Shown: positions 40,560 to 54,190 of the stretch, one piece after another
Layout of the letters: every line of letters starts with the position of its first letter
Position numbering within the stretch: the first letter of the stretch is position 1
NCBI GenBank assembly: GCA_964016885.1
Contig: OZ024741.1
Span: 191,394,001-191,458,000, forward strand
Direction: 5' to 3'
DNA length: 64,000 bases
DNA from: Eledone cirrhosa
Taxonomy: Eukaryota
The notes under the pieces: model-generated
What the model saw: the letters and a program-made list of their open reading frames with translations, nothing else
Told to the model about the DNA's origin: nothing
Databases searched by the model: none
Position numbers and translations under genes: made by a program

Positions 40560-42632
40560 GAATAATAAGAGAAAAAAACCACCCCAAAAGTGCAATTTGG
40601 GAAACTTCAGTGGTCCGACTTGCCAGGAAAGAAAGTCGGAACGCTGAGCAGGAATATAAACTGCATAAATCAGAAAAAAGCGGAATAAATCTTCCAACCA
40701 TCTCAAGCAAGTGACAAAAAAGGCAGTGCTTGAATTTGAACAGTGCATAGCAACCAATCCTGACAGTAAGGTGTTCTTGAAATATGTTCATTCAAAGCAG
40801 AGACCTCACTCTTCAGTTGGTCCTCTTTGCATCCCCATAGAAGCCAGATCCCTGATGATCCCAAAGAATGCGCAGAACTCATTGCTGAGTGCTATGCAAG
40901 CATTTTTACTGTTGAAATCCAGAATGTACCATTGCCACCATCTCTAACATCAAATTCCATAACAACTATGGAATTTACACCTGCAATGTTGCGACATCAC
41001 CTTAAGAAGAAGCGCAACTATGCCTCTCTTGATGGTGTTACATACCTGCTTCTCAAATGTGGCGGGTACTTCCTTTTTGCACCAGCTTTCTTTCTTCTTT
41101 CAAAACTGTCTCAACAATGGTACTACTCCGGAGCAGTGGAAAACTGACAGTGTCATTCCCCTGTTCAAAAAGGGCAACCGCATGTCACCTGTCAACTATC
41201 GTCCAGTCAGTCTTACCAGCTGTATTGCCAAACTGATGGAATCATGTGTCAGAGAAACACTTTGGAACTTCTGGAGCTCTCACAGCCTCATCCGGCCCTC
41301 GCAGTTTGAATTTATCCCTAACTCCAGCTGCTGTGATCAGCTTATCGAGTTCCTTGAAAACATTACCCGGATCACTGACAGCAGTTCATGGGTGGATGTT
41401 GTTTACCTTGACTTTGCTAAGGGTTTTAATTCTGTGCCACACAAAAGACTTATGGCAAAACTCTCTGCAATGGGTGTGAGGGATGATCTTTTTAACTGGT
41501 TGAAATCCTTCATTCTCAGCCGAAAAGAGGTAGTCACAGTTCTAGGACAGCATTCTTCACCATATGAGATGTCATCTGGTGTACCACAGGGATCTGTTCT
41601 TGGTCCCCTTTTGTTTGTGGCATATATTAATGACATAGATACCAACTTAAAGAATGCCACGGTACCGAAATATGCAGATGACATCAAGCTATACCTTGAA
41701 ATCAAAAGTACTGATCCTGAAATCTACAACCCTTTCCTACAATCAGACCTGGACACAATGCAGCAATGGATCACAGACTGGCAACTGAAGCTGGCTGTGG
41801 ACAAGTGTACCACCATGCATTTTGGGAGGAGAAATCCAGCGTCCACATACTCCTTCCACAACACTGATATCAAGAAGTCCTCTTGTGAACGTGACCTGGG
41901 CATTACTGTCTGCAGTGATTTGTGTTGGACAAAGCATGTCTCTAAGATTGTCAAGAAAGCCGAGGATGTCTTGGCATCACTCAGCAAGACCTTTGTTAGC
42001 CGCTCTCCAGCCATCTATTTAAAGCTGTATACAGCTATGGTACGACCACACTTGGAATTCGCATCATCAGTCTGGAACGCCTATCTTGCTCAGAACATTG
42101 ACCTCCTGGAAACTGTTCAGAGACGTGCAACTAAGCACATACCCTCCATCAGACACCTACCATACTCTGAACGCCTTGCTTCCCTGGGCATGGATTCATT
42201 GAAGCTCCGACATCTGGCAATGGACTTGGTAAACACCCACAAAGTTATTAACCATCTCGCCAACAACCCTGAGCACCTTTTTGATCTCCATGTGTCTAAC
42301 ACACGTGGACATGCCTACAAAGTCAGAAAACAGCACAGCTCCCATGACTTTCGGAAACATTTTTTCTTGCTTAGAGTTGCTGAAGCATGGAACAAACTGC
42401 CTGCGTCAGTTGTTAGCTGCCGAGACACTGCATCCTTTAAAACGCTCATGCTTGCCGAAATTCAGCAAAACTACACCTGATGTACCCCTTCCATACACAT
42501 GCACACGTGTATATCATGACTCATACACTGTTCATTTTCCTGACGTTTGTACATTACCCTATGTACTATACATACACTTTTTGATGAGTTGTAGTGCACC
42601 TGAGCACTGTACACAATATTTTCATTATTATT
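40560..42632 (+). mobile_element. CR1-clade LINE, 5'-truncated; RT frame open from ~41090 to 42480
   Basis: NYRPVSLTS, YLDFAKGFNSVPH, SGVPQGSVLGPLLF, YADD, ERDLG, VRPHLEF, VQRRATK, TRGH, WNKLP; short tta tail. Confidence 0.9.
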
Positions 42633-43289
42633 ATAAAAGAGTATGTATATATAAATGCATACTTATTGATACTCCCTCTCTCCTCTTTCTCTCTGACTCT
42701 CTCTCCCTCACCTAGTTTTTTTTCCTTTTTACTATAGACATAATGTACCCCGAACACCATGTGTTCTTCCTAGGGTGTGATTTAAAAGAGATTTAGCTGC
42801 TACCTCTCGCAGGTCGAGTGACTGCATAGAGGCTTCTCTTTGGATGACAATCTGATGCTGCCAGCAAATATTGTTGAAGGGAAACAACTCTGTCTGTAAA
42901 AGCCCTATCTATAGGTTTTCATTAGATGTGTATGTATGTGTCGGTATGTGATGGCATGCAAACATGTGTTTGTATTGTGTCAATGTGTCTATATCTGTGT
43001 GTATATATGTATGTGCGCCTGTACATGAATGCATGTGTGTGCATATGTAGGTGTGTTAATGCATTTGTGTGTAATATAAAGTATAAATGTTATATTGTTA
43101 GAATATATGATTATATGAGGTTTGTCAAAAAAGTATCCATGTTGAAGCTCGGAAAAAATTTTTATATTTGGAGGAATTCAATTGCTAATCCCCTTCGAAG
43201 TAGGCTCATTGTGCCACTACACAAAGAGCCCAGCAATCCTTTAAATATTAGTAGCCTAAAAGGAATATTCTGCAACTCATATTATTTTC

Positions 43290-45740
43290 TCTATGAGGGG
43301 ATGGCAAGAACTCTGGTGTCGCAGAAGAGAGGTGAGGAGTAAAGGAGGAAGTGATTGGGCTTTGGGCCTAGGGCATGTGGGCAGAAGGGCTGTGCCCCAC
43401 AGACAAGACCACAAAAGCATTCCCACGGACAATGGCCAGCAACACCTGCTGCAACAGCCACCCAACTCGCAGGGCTCCTTCCTCAGATGGGCCACCAACA
43501 TTCTGATCTTACGGAGGAATTCAGCTGTACAGGTTCCAAGTATGCCTGAAGTCTCAACAACGACCGGTGCATAGAGGAAGTAGCCAGACAAACCCCAGTA
43601 TTTGTTTATTTTACGTTCTTCTGCAAGGCGAGCTGCGATGCCAGGGTTTGTGGCTGGAGCGACTAACTTGGAGAATGTGTTGGAGCAGGTGGTGTCCCAG
43701 ATGAGGGATCTACCTCCTTCGAATGGGAAGAGGGTGATTCCATAGGGGTGCTTGCCATCTCGCGGTCGAGGTCAGCTGGCTCCAGTTGGGATGGAAAGCT
43801 GACTGTATTCAGGCTCCTTCTTAGTATGATGTTGAGAACGGTGTGTTGGGGGAACCGGCCTGTGCTCTGGGGGAAAAACAGAGGGTGCAGGCTGAACTTG
43901 TCAACAACCGCACTCATCATCAAGTAGGATATCGGTTGATGAGGAGGGCACTGAATTGAGCCATGCACTGCTGTTGGGCTGAGAAGTAGAGCAGAGGCAG
44001 GCAAGGCAGTGTTGGTCCAAGCCAGTCTCAATCCGCCTGACAGAAGACCTGCAATTGAAGTCATCCCAGTTACGTTGGACCAAGGTATACTGGAGGATAG
44101 AGAGACCTTCACCTGTCCAGTAGGCCAGAGCCTATTTCATCTTAGGGGCCAGGTCAGGTTCGGCCATTTGGCTGAGAACCTCACTGACAAGAGCATGACT
44201 GGAGGAGATAGAGGAGAGTGGGTAAAGCTAGATCTGAAGCTGATCGGAAGCTGAAGCCACCGAACCTCGCTGGGAATGTCACCTGTTGCCAGCCTGTGCT
44301 GGCATTGCACATGAGTTTCGCACAGCATCAAATGTTAGCATCAAGTTCCCCTAGAAGATCTGCGTGGAGGTGGAAAGGTGTAACACGAATTTGGGGAGGG
44401 CAAAGCAGTTCCTCAAGAGGAAGAGTGTATGATGAGTGTCAATGAGGCACAGCCTCTCTACCAATCGAACCAAAGCTGCATGCTTGGTCTCTAGGCATTC
44501 TCTTCTGGCTTTCAGGAGAATAGGAGAACTGAGAATGCATGCAGCGTCCTTGGGTGTCAGCTGAACCCTGGCCAGGATAGGATGGGAGCAAAGAACAGCA
44601 TTGCGGAATTCAGCCTCTCCGTAGCTGATGTTGGTCACCTCAGACCTGATTGGGTTGATCTCAAGTCCAAGGAACTGTAGAGCTAGGATGATTTGTTGAA
44701 GGTCCTCAACTACCATCTCAGCTGAGCTGCTCAGGGTCACGTCGTCAACTGCCAGCGTGAATAGGAGCGAGTTGAGTGAGTCCCCCTGCTGGACACCTGC
44801 GGCAGAAGTAACCCTGTTGTCAGTAGCCATGAGTGAGCTGGGTCTTCCGTACAAGAGGTAAATGAGAGGGTAGATGGAAGGGGGTTCGCCTAAGACATGT
44901 CTCTAGGACGTGATCCCGTCTAACGCTGTTCAAGGCGTTAGTCATGTCCAGTTTCACGAGGAGGTGGGGGTGAAGAGGGAGGCGCGTGCTCTATGAAGTG
45001 TCTGGCCACATGAACTGCGGCCTCACAACCGCACTTGATTCCCACTCCAAGCTAGACAGGGCTTAGCACCTCAATCAAGTCGTCATTGACTGACTTGCAA
45101 GCTATCTTGGCTGCAAGTCATCAGAAGATGTTACTCACCACAATGGGGTGGACGCCTCAGTCATTCTTCCGCAGGGTGGTCAAGCTGGTTGAGAAGAAAA
45201 AAGCACAGGCATGGCTGGGTAAGTTGGCACAGAGGAGACAGTTGGTGAGGACTATTAATGACCGGAGCAGTCGGGCCTCTGCTTCCACCACATGAGATGA
45301 GATGAGGTCTTGGAGGTGACCAAGGCGCTAGCCATCTACTCCACCACTGCTGCTACCAAGAAAAGATCTTAGGGTGACTGCGGTCAGGGGCGCCCGACCC
45401 AACGGTGACCTGAACCCGCTCAACTCAGACGAGTGTTTTATGGCGATCTGCCACCTCTGGCAGTAGTGGAGAATCATCATCCCCAGGTCTGCCCGCACTC
45501 CCATGGCTGAAGCGTTAGCGACTTCAATTGACATAGTGTTTGACTTGGGCGATCCACGGGACTGGACTAAACTGTTCAGTTTTGCTACTCTCGTACTCAG
45601 GATTCTGTTGGTGGGGAACCCGATGGCAAGAGACAGATCCTGCCCCTCCCTAGCTTCGAGGTTCATGGGCAATGCTGCCTCTCAACTCTCTCGTGCTGCC
45701 CACCAGTGCCAACACATCTCCTCGCATTATTTCGTCCATA
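43290..45740 (-). pseudogene. Decayed CRE-clade non-LTR retrotransposon
   Basis: GVQQGDSLNSLLFTLAVDD, RNCFALPK, SSAWLNSVP, RFPQHTVLN..LEPADLDR, PVVVETSG fragments in the expected order. Confidence 0.75.
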
Positions 45741-45911
45741 ACCAGCGAACATCTTCATGAACCAAAGTATAGTCTTCCTGTAACATTTTTTGAAATATTT
45801 ACTTTTGCGTCCACAGACTGATTTTTTTCCAGTTTCAGAAGATCCCGTTAAGAGTGAAAGCAACGATTCTTTGCTTAAACTTTAATCTGTTCTTATAATA
45901 AATATATATAT

Positions 45912-47512
45912 ACTAGCTGGCCCATCTGGCTGGTGCCCGGCTAGGTATACCAGCATTTTATCTTTTCAGAAAGCCCTCCCCCCACGCCACTCCAGTGCAA
46001 AGATACCGCACGCCCTCTCAAATCACATTGCCGTTTCGAGTACGTATCAAGGGGGGAGCTATTGTGGTGACTCATTTCTGATGCATGAAAAATGCCACCA
46101 CCACTACCACTGGAATGCTCAACAACCATAATCACTCGATTCCGTGGTAAAAGTTACAACTGTGGTGTTGGACCATTAGTTTTGCCACAATCCTGCTCCT
46201 TGCAAAATTAATCATATAAACCTTTAATAATTGTTTCTACTTTTGACACAAGGCCATCAAATTACCCAGTACATTACTGGTACTTTATTTTATCGACCCC
46301 GTAAGGATGAAAGGCAAAGTTAACCTCAGTGGGATTTGAACTCATGTCGTAAGGGGACGTAACTATGCTGGAAAGCATGGCGTCCGACCCTCTACCAATA
46401 CTGCAACTTTAATAATGCTTTTCAGTAGGTTATGTGATGATACACATCTAAACTAAAGTTCCTATCTATGTGGAAATAAACAACTTTTTTTGAAAAGCTG
46501 TTTAAGTTTTGAAATTTTTTGAAATTTTCTTCAGTTATCAAGCATAAGCATGCGAATACACATAAAGCATTTCCATTAAGATGAAGTAAATACCACTTTA
46601 ATTTTAAGAAAAGAAAGTCGAAAGTAACTTTAAAATCCAAGAAGATCATCGTTGTTACGTAATAGCGCTTGTTTTTGAGGACATAAAAAATAATTTGTTC
46701 CCAGAATATTTTGATTTTTCAGTCACTGATACCAAAATTCTTATTGATTACTATAGGCAAACAAATATTGATGACAGCCCTGTAACAAATTTGCTCAGAA
46801 TTATTCTACTTATGCCCTCTTAAAAATCCGACTCAGTTTTGTAAGGACCTGTATGGCACACTGATACTGTTAATGATATGTGGATACAATAAGCTTGTGA
46901 ACTCACCTGCTGAAATCTGACTTGTTCTGTCTGTGGTGCTCTCCTGACTTTTGCACGGGACCTCAGTTGTTGAAGGTGAGACTGGCACTGCTCTTGAGAC
47001 TGGGCTGATCGAATGGCTCTCGAATGAGTCCTCAGTTTCTGAAGGCAAGACTGGCGCTGCTCTTGAGGCTGGCATGCTCGACTGGTTCTTGCATGCATGA
47101 GTCCTCATCTACTGAAGGTGACGTTCATGATCATCTTCTGCTCTAGTAACATTTTTTTTTCCTGGAAAATCGGATCTTGCGGCCAGGCCGGGACTTTTTG
47201 GGTGGCATATTGGCAGTAACAATGATTGTTCGAACAGGGTCATGTTTGCTCTTTATATAGGTGTTATTCAGGGGAGGGTGATGCATAGAAATCGAATAAC
47301 CAATCAAGTTATGAGGGGTCAATCATGACTGATAGTGATTGGCTTCAGTTAAAATGTGATTGCACGCGCGTGAGTCAAAAGCTCAAAGGGGGCATTGTGT
47401 TGTTTAGTGAGATTGGTGGTGCTAATCTGTATGCTGCCTACATGGAAAGATGAGAAAGGCCAGCTCCATCGATTTTATTCAATAAATCCACCATTGGCGT
47501 GTTCTACAGCAT

Positions 47513-47515
<3 letters not shown>
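45912..47515 (-). mobile_element. Internally deleted Helitron retaining promoter-like motifs and an N-terminal 23-aa (STPR-like) repeat
   Basis: 3' GC-rich segment + CTAGt at 45912; 69-nt repeats reading QPQEQRQSCLQKLRTHSRAIRSA/QSQEQCQSHLQQLRSRAKVRRA; TATATAAA at ~47252-47259, ATG MPPKK at 47208, three CCAAT motifs. Confidence 0.5.
46229..46404 (-). mobile_element. SINE copy (same family as 593-776), reverse orientation
   Basis: Reverse complement of the 593-776 sequence. Confidence 0.85.
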
Positions 47516-47545
<30 letters not shown>

Positions 47546-47548
<3 letters not shown>

Positions 47549-47780
47549 CGATATTAAACAAATGGAAACTATATTTATAAAACCATATTTATTTCATTAT
47601 ACATATTTCGGGGATACCATATTAAAAATATGGCATGCCTTCTTCAGATAAAATACAATATATAAACATATATTTTATCTGAAGAAGGCATGCCATATTT
47701 TTAATATGGTATCCCCGAAATATGTATAATGAAATAAATATGGTTTTATAAATATAGTTTCCATTTGTTTAATATCGTAT
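47546..47780. repeat. Perfect 110-bp inverted repeat (15-nt spacer); each arm carries a hammerhead core
   Basis: + arm CTGAAGA-aggc-atgccatatt(ttt)aatatggtat-cccc-GAAA-tatGTA; PLE-type tail follows to ~47865. Confidence 0.85.
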
Positions 47781-48439
47781 ATCTACTCCAAAACTTGTCG
47801 AGTGCTTTATATCAGTTATAAAATATTTACTTGTTGTAACCCAACAATTTTAAATAAAACTTTTGCATATATATATATATATAGCTGACGTACCTAGCTT
47901 CGCTTGGATAAACAGACGATAAGCCGTCTGTGCTTTCGTACAGTCGAACTAAATATAAACTAATTGCTGCGTAGTTAACAAAATAAATACAATGTTTGTT
48001 TATATTTTGTTTTTGTAGTTCTGTTTTCCGATCTATTGTATGTTTGTGTATGCAAAAATATCTGTACACAAATATATAATTATATATATAATTAATTAAA
48101 AGTTGGTTAGAAGCGAAGTTAATTGCAGACAGGCAGACATACAGACATATATTATAAGCTCGCAACATTATAGCTATGTATCTATCTAAAATGACAGAGT
48201 AAGAAAGAGAGAGGAATATCGTATTATATATATTATATATAATAAAGTACCAGTAATGTACTCCTCACTTTCTTCCTTGGAAAAAGTTACATCTATGGTG
48301 CAAATTTGGTGCCATTTGGTCCAACTGTTTGGCCAAAAGTTTGTTACATACATAGATACATATGGCCGTCAGCTTTATTAATATAGATATATATATACAT
48401 ATATATACATATATATAAATTATACTATATAAAATGCAA

Positions 48440-48680
48440 GTTCGTAATTATCAGGGAGATTCAGCGTATGTATTTTTCAATGGAATTCTCAACTAGATTC
48501 AGCATGTGTACACTTAAATGTAATTCTCAGGAAGATTCATCATATGTACACTTAAATGTAATTCTCAGGAAGATTCATCATATGTACACTTAAATGTAAT
48601 ACTCGGGGAGATTCACCATGTGGACACTTAAATGTAATACTCAGGAAGATTCACCATGTGGACACTTAAATGTAATTCTC
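48440..48680. repeat. 38-bp tandem repeat, about 5-6 copies
   Basis: cacttaaatgtaattctcaggaagattcatcatatgta periodicity. Confidence 0.85.
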
Positions 48681-48689
48681 TCTATATCT

Positions 48690-49930
48690 ATACTCCCATT
48701 CATTCTCCACATTCATCAGTCTATCATAGTAACATTTCCAGGCCTCTTTCTCTTGAGCATCAGTGGTGCTAAGTACACCAGTGTCATTTCTAACATATGT
48801 TTCCCAACAACATCCCGATTTACACTGATCCACTGCTTTGCAATGCAGAACACTTCACGTCTCTGATCCTCATGTCTCACTCCATTGGCAAACTTTCTTT
48901 TTTCAGCCTTTCCCCAAGCTGTGTATACCTGTCGTCTAGTCACTCTTAGCTGCCTGGTATTGGTCTCTACTACCCCTATTTTTCCATTCTTTCCATACAT
49001 GTCTCTTGGCTGTAATGGCTCTATGTGCTCACAGTGCTGTGCCAGATCACCCTCTGTCTGGCTTGTGCTTTACTAGTTCACAAAAGTTTATCACGTAAAA
49101 ATGTCCAGTTGTCCTCTGCCTTATATGTACCTAGTTCGTCACCACTCTCATCAATTGTATTCCATAGAGCCTTTCTAAACCTATATTTAATTGAAAGGCC
49201 CTTTAGCTTCCAAACCTTCGGTCTCCATATTTTCCCATATATTTTGTCCTGTCTTGTGTTTCTTTTGATATCGCTAATAACTAACTTGTGTTGGGCAGTA
49301 CATTCTTCCCCAGGGAAGGCCTTAGTGTTTATCATAGTCTGTTTAGCTCATCCTATGAGTAATTTAGCTTGTGTATTTGTCTGATATGAGATCAGGTGAC
49401 TGGCTGGTTTCTTGAAATTTGTGTTGCAAACGCTTAGTTCATTCATGTCACAGAATTTCAGGATCCTCACTCCGTCTCCATTTCTTAAGCCATAACCATA
49501 GCCACTGAACTCCAGTGAGTGAATCCATCCTGGTACTGCCTCACATGACCATTGAAGCCACCTGCCAGGATGATGAGGTCTCATTCATTAGTAACTGAAG
49601 CTGTCTGTAAAAGTTCCTCATGGAACCTATCCTTTTGATGTTTACTTTGTCTTGCCTGTGGAGCATAGGTAGATATAATTGTCACCATTCTATTTCCTAC
49701 AGCTATTCTAAGCTTGATAATTCTGTCACTTACCCTATCACCTTATCTATCCATTTCTCAGCCAGTAAGATACCTACACTTCCTACTCCACTGTCATTTC
49801 CTACCCAGTAGAGGTTATATCTCTGTTGTTTGCCTGTGATGAGTCTCACTGAGGCACCCCTCTATCTCACTTCTTGTACACAGCATACATCTACTTCTCT
49901 TCTTTCTAACAGTTCCATGGCTGCCCCCTC
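48690..49930 (-). pseudogene. RTE-clade LINE 5' fragment (APE endonuclease)
   Basis: DVCCVQEVR, GNDSGVGSVGI, GYGYGLRNGDGVRILKFC, VCNTNFKK, KAFPGEEC..QHKLV. Confidence 0.8.
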
Positions 49931-49964
49931 AATATCAAGTATTGCCATTGCACGATATACCATT

Positions 49965-50308
49965 CATCATCATCATCATTTCATTTTTACGTCCGCTTTT
50001 TCCCTGCTTGCAAGGGTGGGATGGGAACTGATGCTGGCTTGATTTCTACAGCTGGATGCCCTTCCTAACACCAACCTCATTTACAGTGAGTGCAGGGTGC
50101 TTTTTTGCCGTGACACCTCCACGACCACTTTGCAGTGGAATGATAGGGACTGGGGTCCCTATCATCTCATTTCTACAGCTGAGTAAACTGGAGCAATGTG
50201 AAATAAAGTGTCTTGCTCAAGGAAACAACACATCACACGGTCTGAGAATTGAACTCACAACCTTTCGATTGCAAGGCCAATGCTCTAACCACTAAGCCAT
50301 GTGCCTCC
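49965..50308 (-). mobile_element. SINE pieces: tRNA-headed SINE (50165-50308) and RTE-tailed SINE 3' end (49965-50125); related RTE-tailed copies at 57660-57925 + and 31020-31245 +
   Basis: TGGCTTAGTGGTTAG A-box, GAGTTCAATTC B-box, ccttgagcaagacact core; ggtgttaggaagggcatccagctgtagaaa and (atg)n tail. Confidence 0.7.
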
Positions 50309-51177
50309 ATTATTAATAATTATTAATTAATTCTATCGTGCAATGCCTGTGTGTGAAAAATTTTTTTTAAGTGAGGAAAGACTGTGCACTGGGCCAATCC
50401 CACTCTCTGAGCAACAGTATCTATAACCCGAAAAGAAGAAAAGACCAATCATCAGTAACTACTGAGCCACAGATTTTATGTTGGAGGTATCCCAGTTTCC
50501 TGAGTTGCTTTCTCCTAGAAGAATGCCCTGACAAAGGCTAGGAGTTCTTCACTTCCAGTGGTTTAACCGCGTGATCGGGTATCCAGCCCGATTATTTCTA
50601 TGTCCCCGCGCATATATACACATGTGTATACATGTATATACATATATACATACACACTTTTATACATGTGTATACACATATGTATACATGTATATACATA
50701 TATACATACACACTTTTATACATGTGTATACACATATTTACACATTATGAGTTCTTCCGCCCTTTGTCAGGTTTTGTTTTTTGTCCTGCAGGGTGTCCAA
50801 AATCACCCTCCTCACCAAGTAAACTTGGTGGGGTTGCCGGTTTAGTCGCCAACGACCCGACCATGTGACAAGTTGTACTGGGTTACATGTTACCAGTAGC
50901 ACTCAGGAGTGACCCGACATATACATGTGCATATACACACATATATATACTAGGCCCATTGCAAACTGGATGGCACTGCCCCACTATTTTTCAATGGCAC
51001 ACACTCAAATTAAAAATATTTATGGTGATATACATATTCTTTAACTTCACCTTAGAGTTATCGCAAATTAAAGTGTCAACCCAGAATGTTCTGAAGTCCT
51101 CTAGAGCACCAAAACCTGGTGACAGACCTGGTATGCAAACATTTATATAAACAATAGCTGATATTTTTTTCTGACAG

Positions 51178-51371
51178 CCACCACCTATGAAATCCATGTG
51201 AAAACTGGAAATGTGAGAGGAGCAGGTACCGATGCCAATGTCTACCTTCAAATATATGGTTCGAAGAATAGCACAGAAAAAATTCCTTTAGTTTCTTCTG
51301 AAAACCTAACAAATCCATTTGAACGAGACAGAACTGATATTTTCAAGATTGAAGTTATCAATATTGGTCAA
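51178..51371 (+). CDS. LOXHD1: Internal exon of LOXHD1-like gene: (T)TYEIHVKTGNVRGAGTDANVYLQIYGSKNSTEKIPLVSSENLTNPFERDRTDIFKIEVINIGQ
   Basis: tttttttctgacAG acceptor, GTAAG donor; PLAT N-terminal motifs Y.I.VKTG...GAGTDANVY..IYG and FER...D.F; phase 1 in, phase 0 out. Confidence 0.9.
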
Positions 51372-51462
51372 GTAAGTAATTCATTAACTATTTTGGTCGA
51401 ATGGTTTTATCTTTTTCTTTTCTTTTCTTATTTTAAGAAAGATTGTTCAGGCTTAGTCTTTG

Positions 51463-51507
<45 letters not shown>

Positions 51508-52247
51508 CCGTGTTTGTTTGTCTTTCTTCACTTACTTTCTCTTTCTCTACCTCTCTACTCATTGCGTCTGTATTTTTAGGACTTAATGTCCAAACAAACG
51601 GAAAATACTTTTATTAACATTTATATATTCTCTGTCTCTTCTACCTTCTCTTTTACTTCTTCTTTTTGGCTAATCAATATGTTAGGCCTCGTTAATATCT
51701 TTTCAGTTGCAGCTCATGGGTTAGTGGCAAATTTTCTCTTATTTGTAAATAGTCGTTTGTCTATTTGTTAATTTGTAAATAGTCTTTATGACTATTGTCT
51801 TTTGTTACTGTCCCTTGTGCATTAGAGCCAGTTGTATCAATCTTAAAGTACTGAAACAATGTACCTCTAGCAGTCAACTGACAAGATGGGACTGTCTGTA
51901 TTCATTCATTTTATATTATCATCATCATCATTTTACATCCATTTTCCATGCTAGCATGGGTAAGATGGTATAGTAGCTAGAATAAGAACAGGATGGAAGA
52001 AGTTTAGGGAACTGCAAGTACTGGAGACAATATGATCAACTAAATCAAGGTGGTGCCCCAGCATGGCCACAGTCTGACTGAAACAAGTAAAAGAAGAAAA
52101 AAAAAGAAAAAAGAAACCAAGAAAAATTGCATTTGGCTACTTACCCACTGAGGTTCAATATCTCTATATATGTATATATGTTATTCCGAGTTGAATTGGA
52201 GGTAACCACAGTAAGTAAGGTACTCAATACATTGCAGAGTATAAAAG

Positions 52248-52391
52248 TTTTAATATAGATGAGATTCTACAGGACTAGAACTGTTTCATTCTTTAGAAAT
52301 CATCAGGAATCTCCTGATCCTGATCCCGATTCCTGATGATTTCTAAAGAATGAAACAGTTCTAGTCCTGTAGAATCTCATCTATATTAAAA
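52248..52391. repeat. Perfect 64-bp inverted repeat; each arm carries a minimal hammerhead-like core
   Basis: cCTGATGA-t-ttc(taaa)gaa-t-GAAA-cagttc; 16-nt spacer made of cctgat repeats. Confidence 0.8.
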
Positions 52392-52942
52392 TATATATGT
52401 ATATATATATATATATGTGTGTGTGTGCAAAAAATTAAATGGAAACAACAAAGCAAACAACACAGTACACTGAATGTTAGTTTAACGCTTGATATAGTAG
52501 GAAAAACATTTTGGTCACTAGTGCTTAATCAGAAGATAGAATGAGAAATGAAAGATGAAATAGAAAGATAGAGATTGAGAAGAAGAAGGAATGCAATAAT
52601 AAATTTCTGGAGATAAAAGCATGTGTGTTTCAGCCAGCTATTTTGGGAAAATGCTGATCAATGAATATTTTAGATGCTGATTATGATGATGATGATGAAG
52701 AACGCATCATTTTGTTTTCCCTTGGAAAAAAGGGTCCTAACCTTGAAATATCCTGATGAAATAAACTGGGTAAAAACATTATTTTGTTTTGTTTTATTTG
52801 ACATCCCTTGCCCTTTATTTATTCCTACCACATTGTACTGGCTTTCTGAAGTTCTCATCAATTATTACATATCTCACAATGCTTCATATTAATTATATAT
52901 ATATATATTATATATATATTTAAATATATATGTGTGTGTGTG

Positions 52943-52977
<35 letters not shown>

Positions 52978-53884
52978 CCTTTAGCCACCATATCTGCTAT
53001 GACAAACTGTGCATAGAATGCCTGCTTTGGTATCAGCACTAGTAATTCACCAGTAATTCTCTGAATCACCTACACTATTTGCTCCTATCCGCTGTTGAGA
53101 GTTGAACGCCTAGTACCACGGAGAAGTTTCCATTCAAATCTTCGCTAAAAGACATTCCTATTCCAGACAACGACACATTTCCTAAAATTGATGATAGAGG
53201 GAATGGTAACAACACACACGAATCTGAACATCAGTGGATACAAAAAAACTTGAGATTTCGATGAAACCCTCCCCACAACATGCACCTCAAAGAATTCGAA
53301 GGATGAATCATACAAATGATCAAGAACCTCAAATTCAAACTTCTCACGCAATGTGGACACAATACATGAAAAACCGGTTTCACTAATCGCCCACCTGGAA
53401 GAATCCAGTGGAATTATTGTACCTGCTGACAAGACTGGAAACCTTTACTTGATGGATTACCATAACTGCATCAGGAAGGAAATCCATAAACACTACCATG
53501 TTATCACCAACACCAACCTCTGCAACATCAACATGGCAGCACTAGATATTATGACAGAACTGAACCCTTTAAACCTAGGACATCCTGCATAATGATTAAG
53601 GACCATAAAGCAGACTTCGAAAGCAAACTCCCTGTATAACTAATTTCATCCCCTGTGGCCATCATCACAGAACCCACATGGCCCAGTCTCTCTTGCCCAA
53701 CAATACCAGCCACCAAGGTAACAACTGTAGACACCACCACATGGAGACAAGTAACTACCTGACTACCAAACTGCATGCATGTCTGACCGCTGCATGAACC
53801 AACTATACCAACACCCCTGATAGGCAATGCACGGCACACAAAAATCACACAACAGATATGTGACCTGGTTCAACAAAGCATTAG

Positions 53885-54190
53885 TGAGCTGAGATAGAAA
53901 CTAGGCATAAGAGGGGCCAGATTCAGTGTGCAGGAGAGGAGATTGCAGTGGTTTGGACAGGTGATGCATATGGTGGATCACAGCTGTATAAAAAGGTGCA
54001 AAGCACTCAAAGTCAATGGTAACTATGAAAGAGAAAGATCTAGGAAAATAAGGAAAATATGGAAGAAGTGATAAAAGCTGATCTCACTCAATTAAACCTC
54101 ACAAAAGAGACGACATAGGATCAAGATCTCTAGTGTCATGCTATAGTGCAGAAGATCCACCTTCCCATGTGCACAAAATGAAAGGAAACA
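53885..54190 (+). pseudogene. Old RTE 3' fragment
   Basis: ERRLQWFGQVM; similarity to the 3' end of the RTE at 28730-29000. Confidence 0.6.

Noticed and set aside
50750-50920. Possible HDV-like ribozyme in an RTE-type 5' fragment (- strand ...gtcgttggcgactaaaccgg)
   Set aside because: P4, J4/2 and P2 look plausible, but I could not build convincing P1/P3 helices by eye; needs a descriptor search
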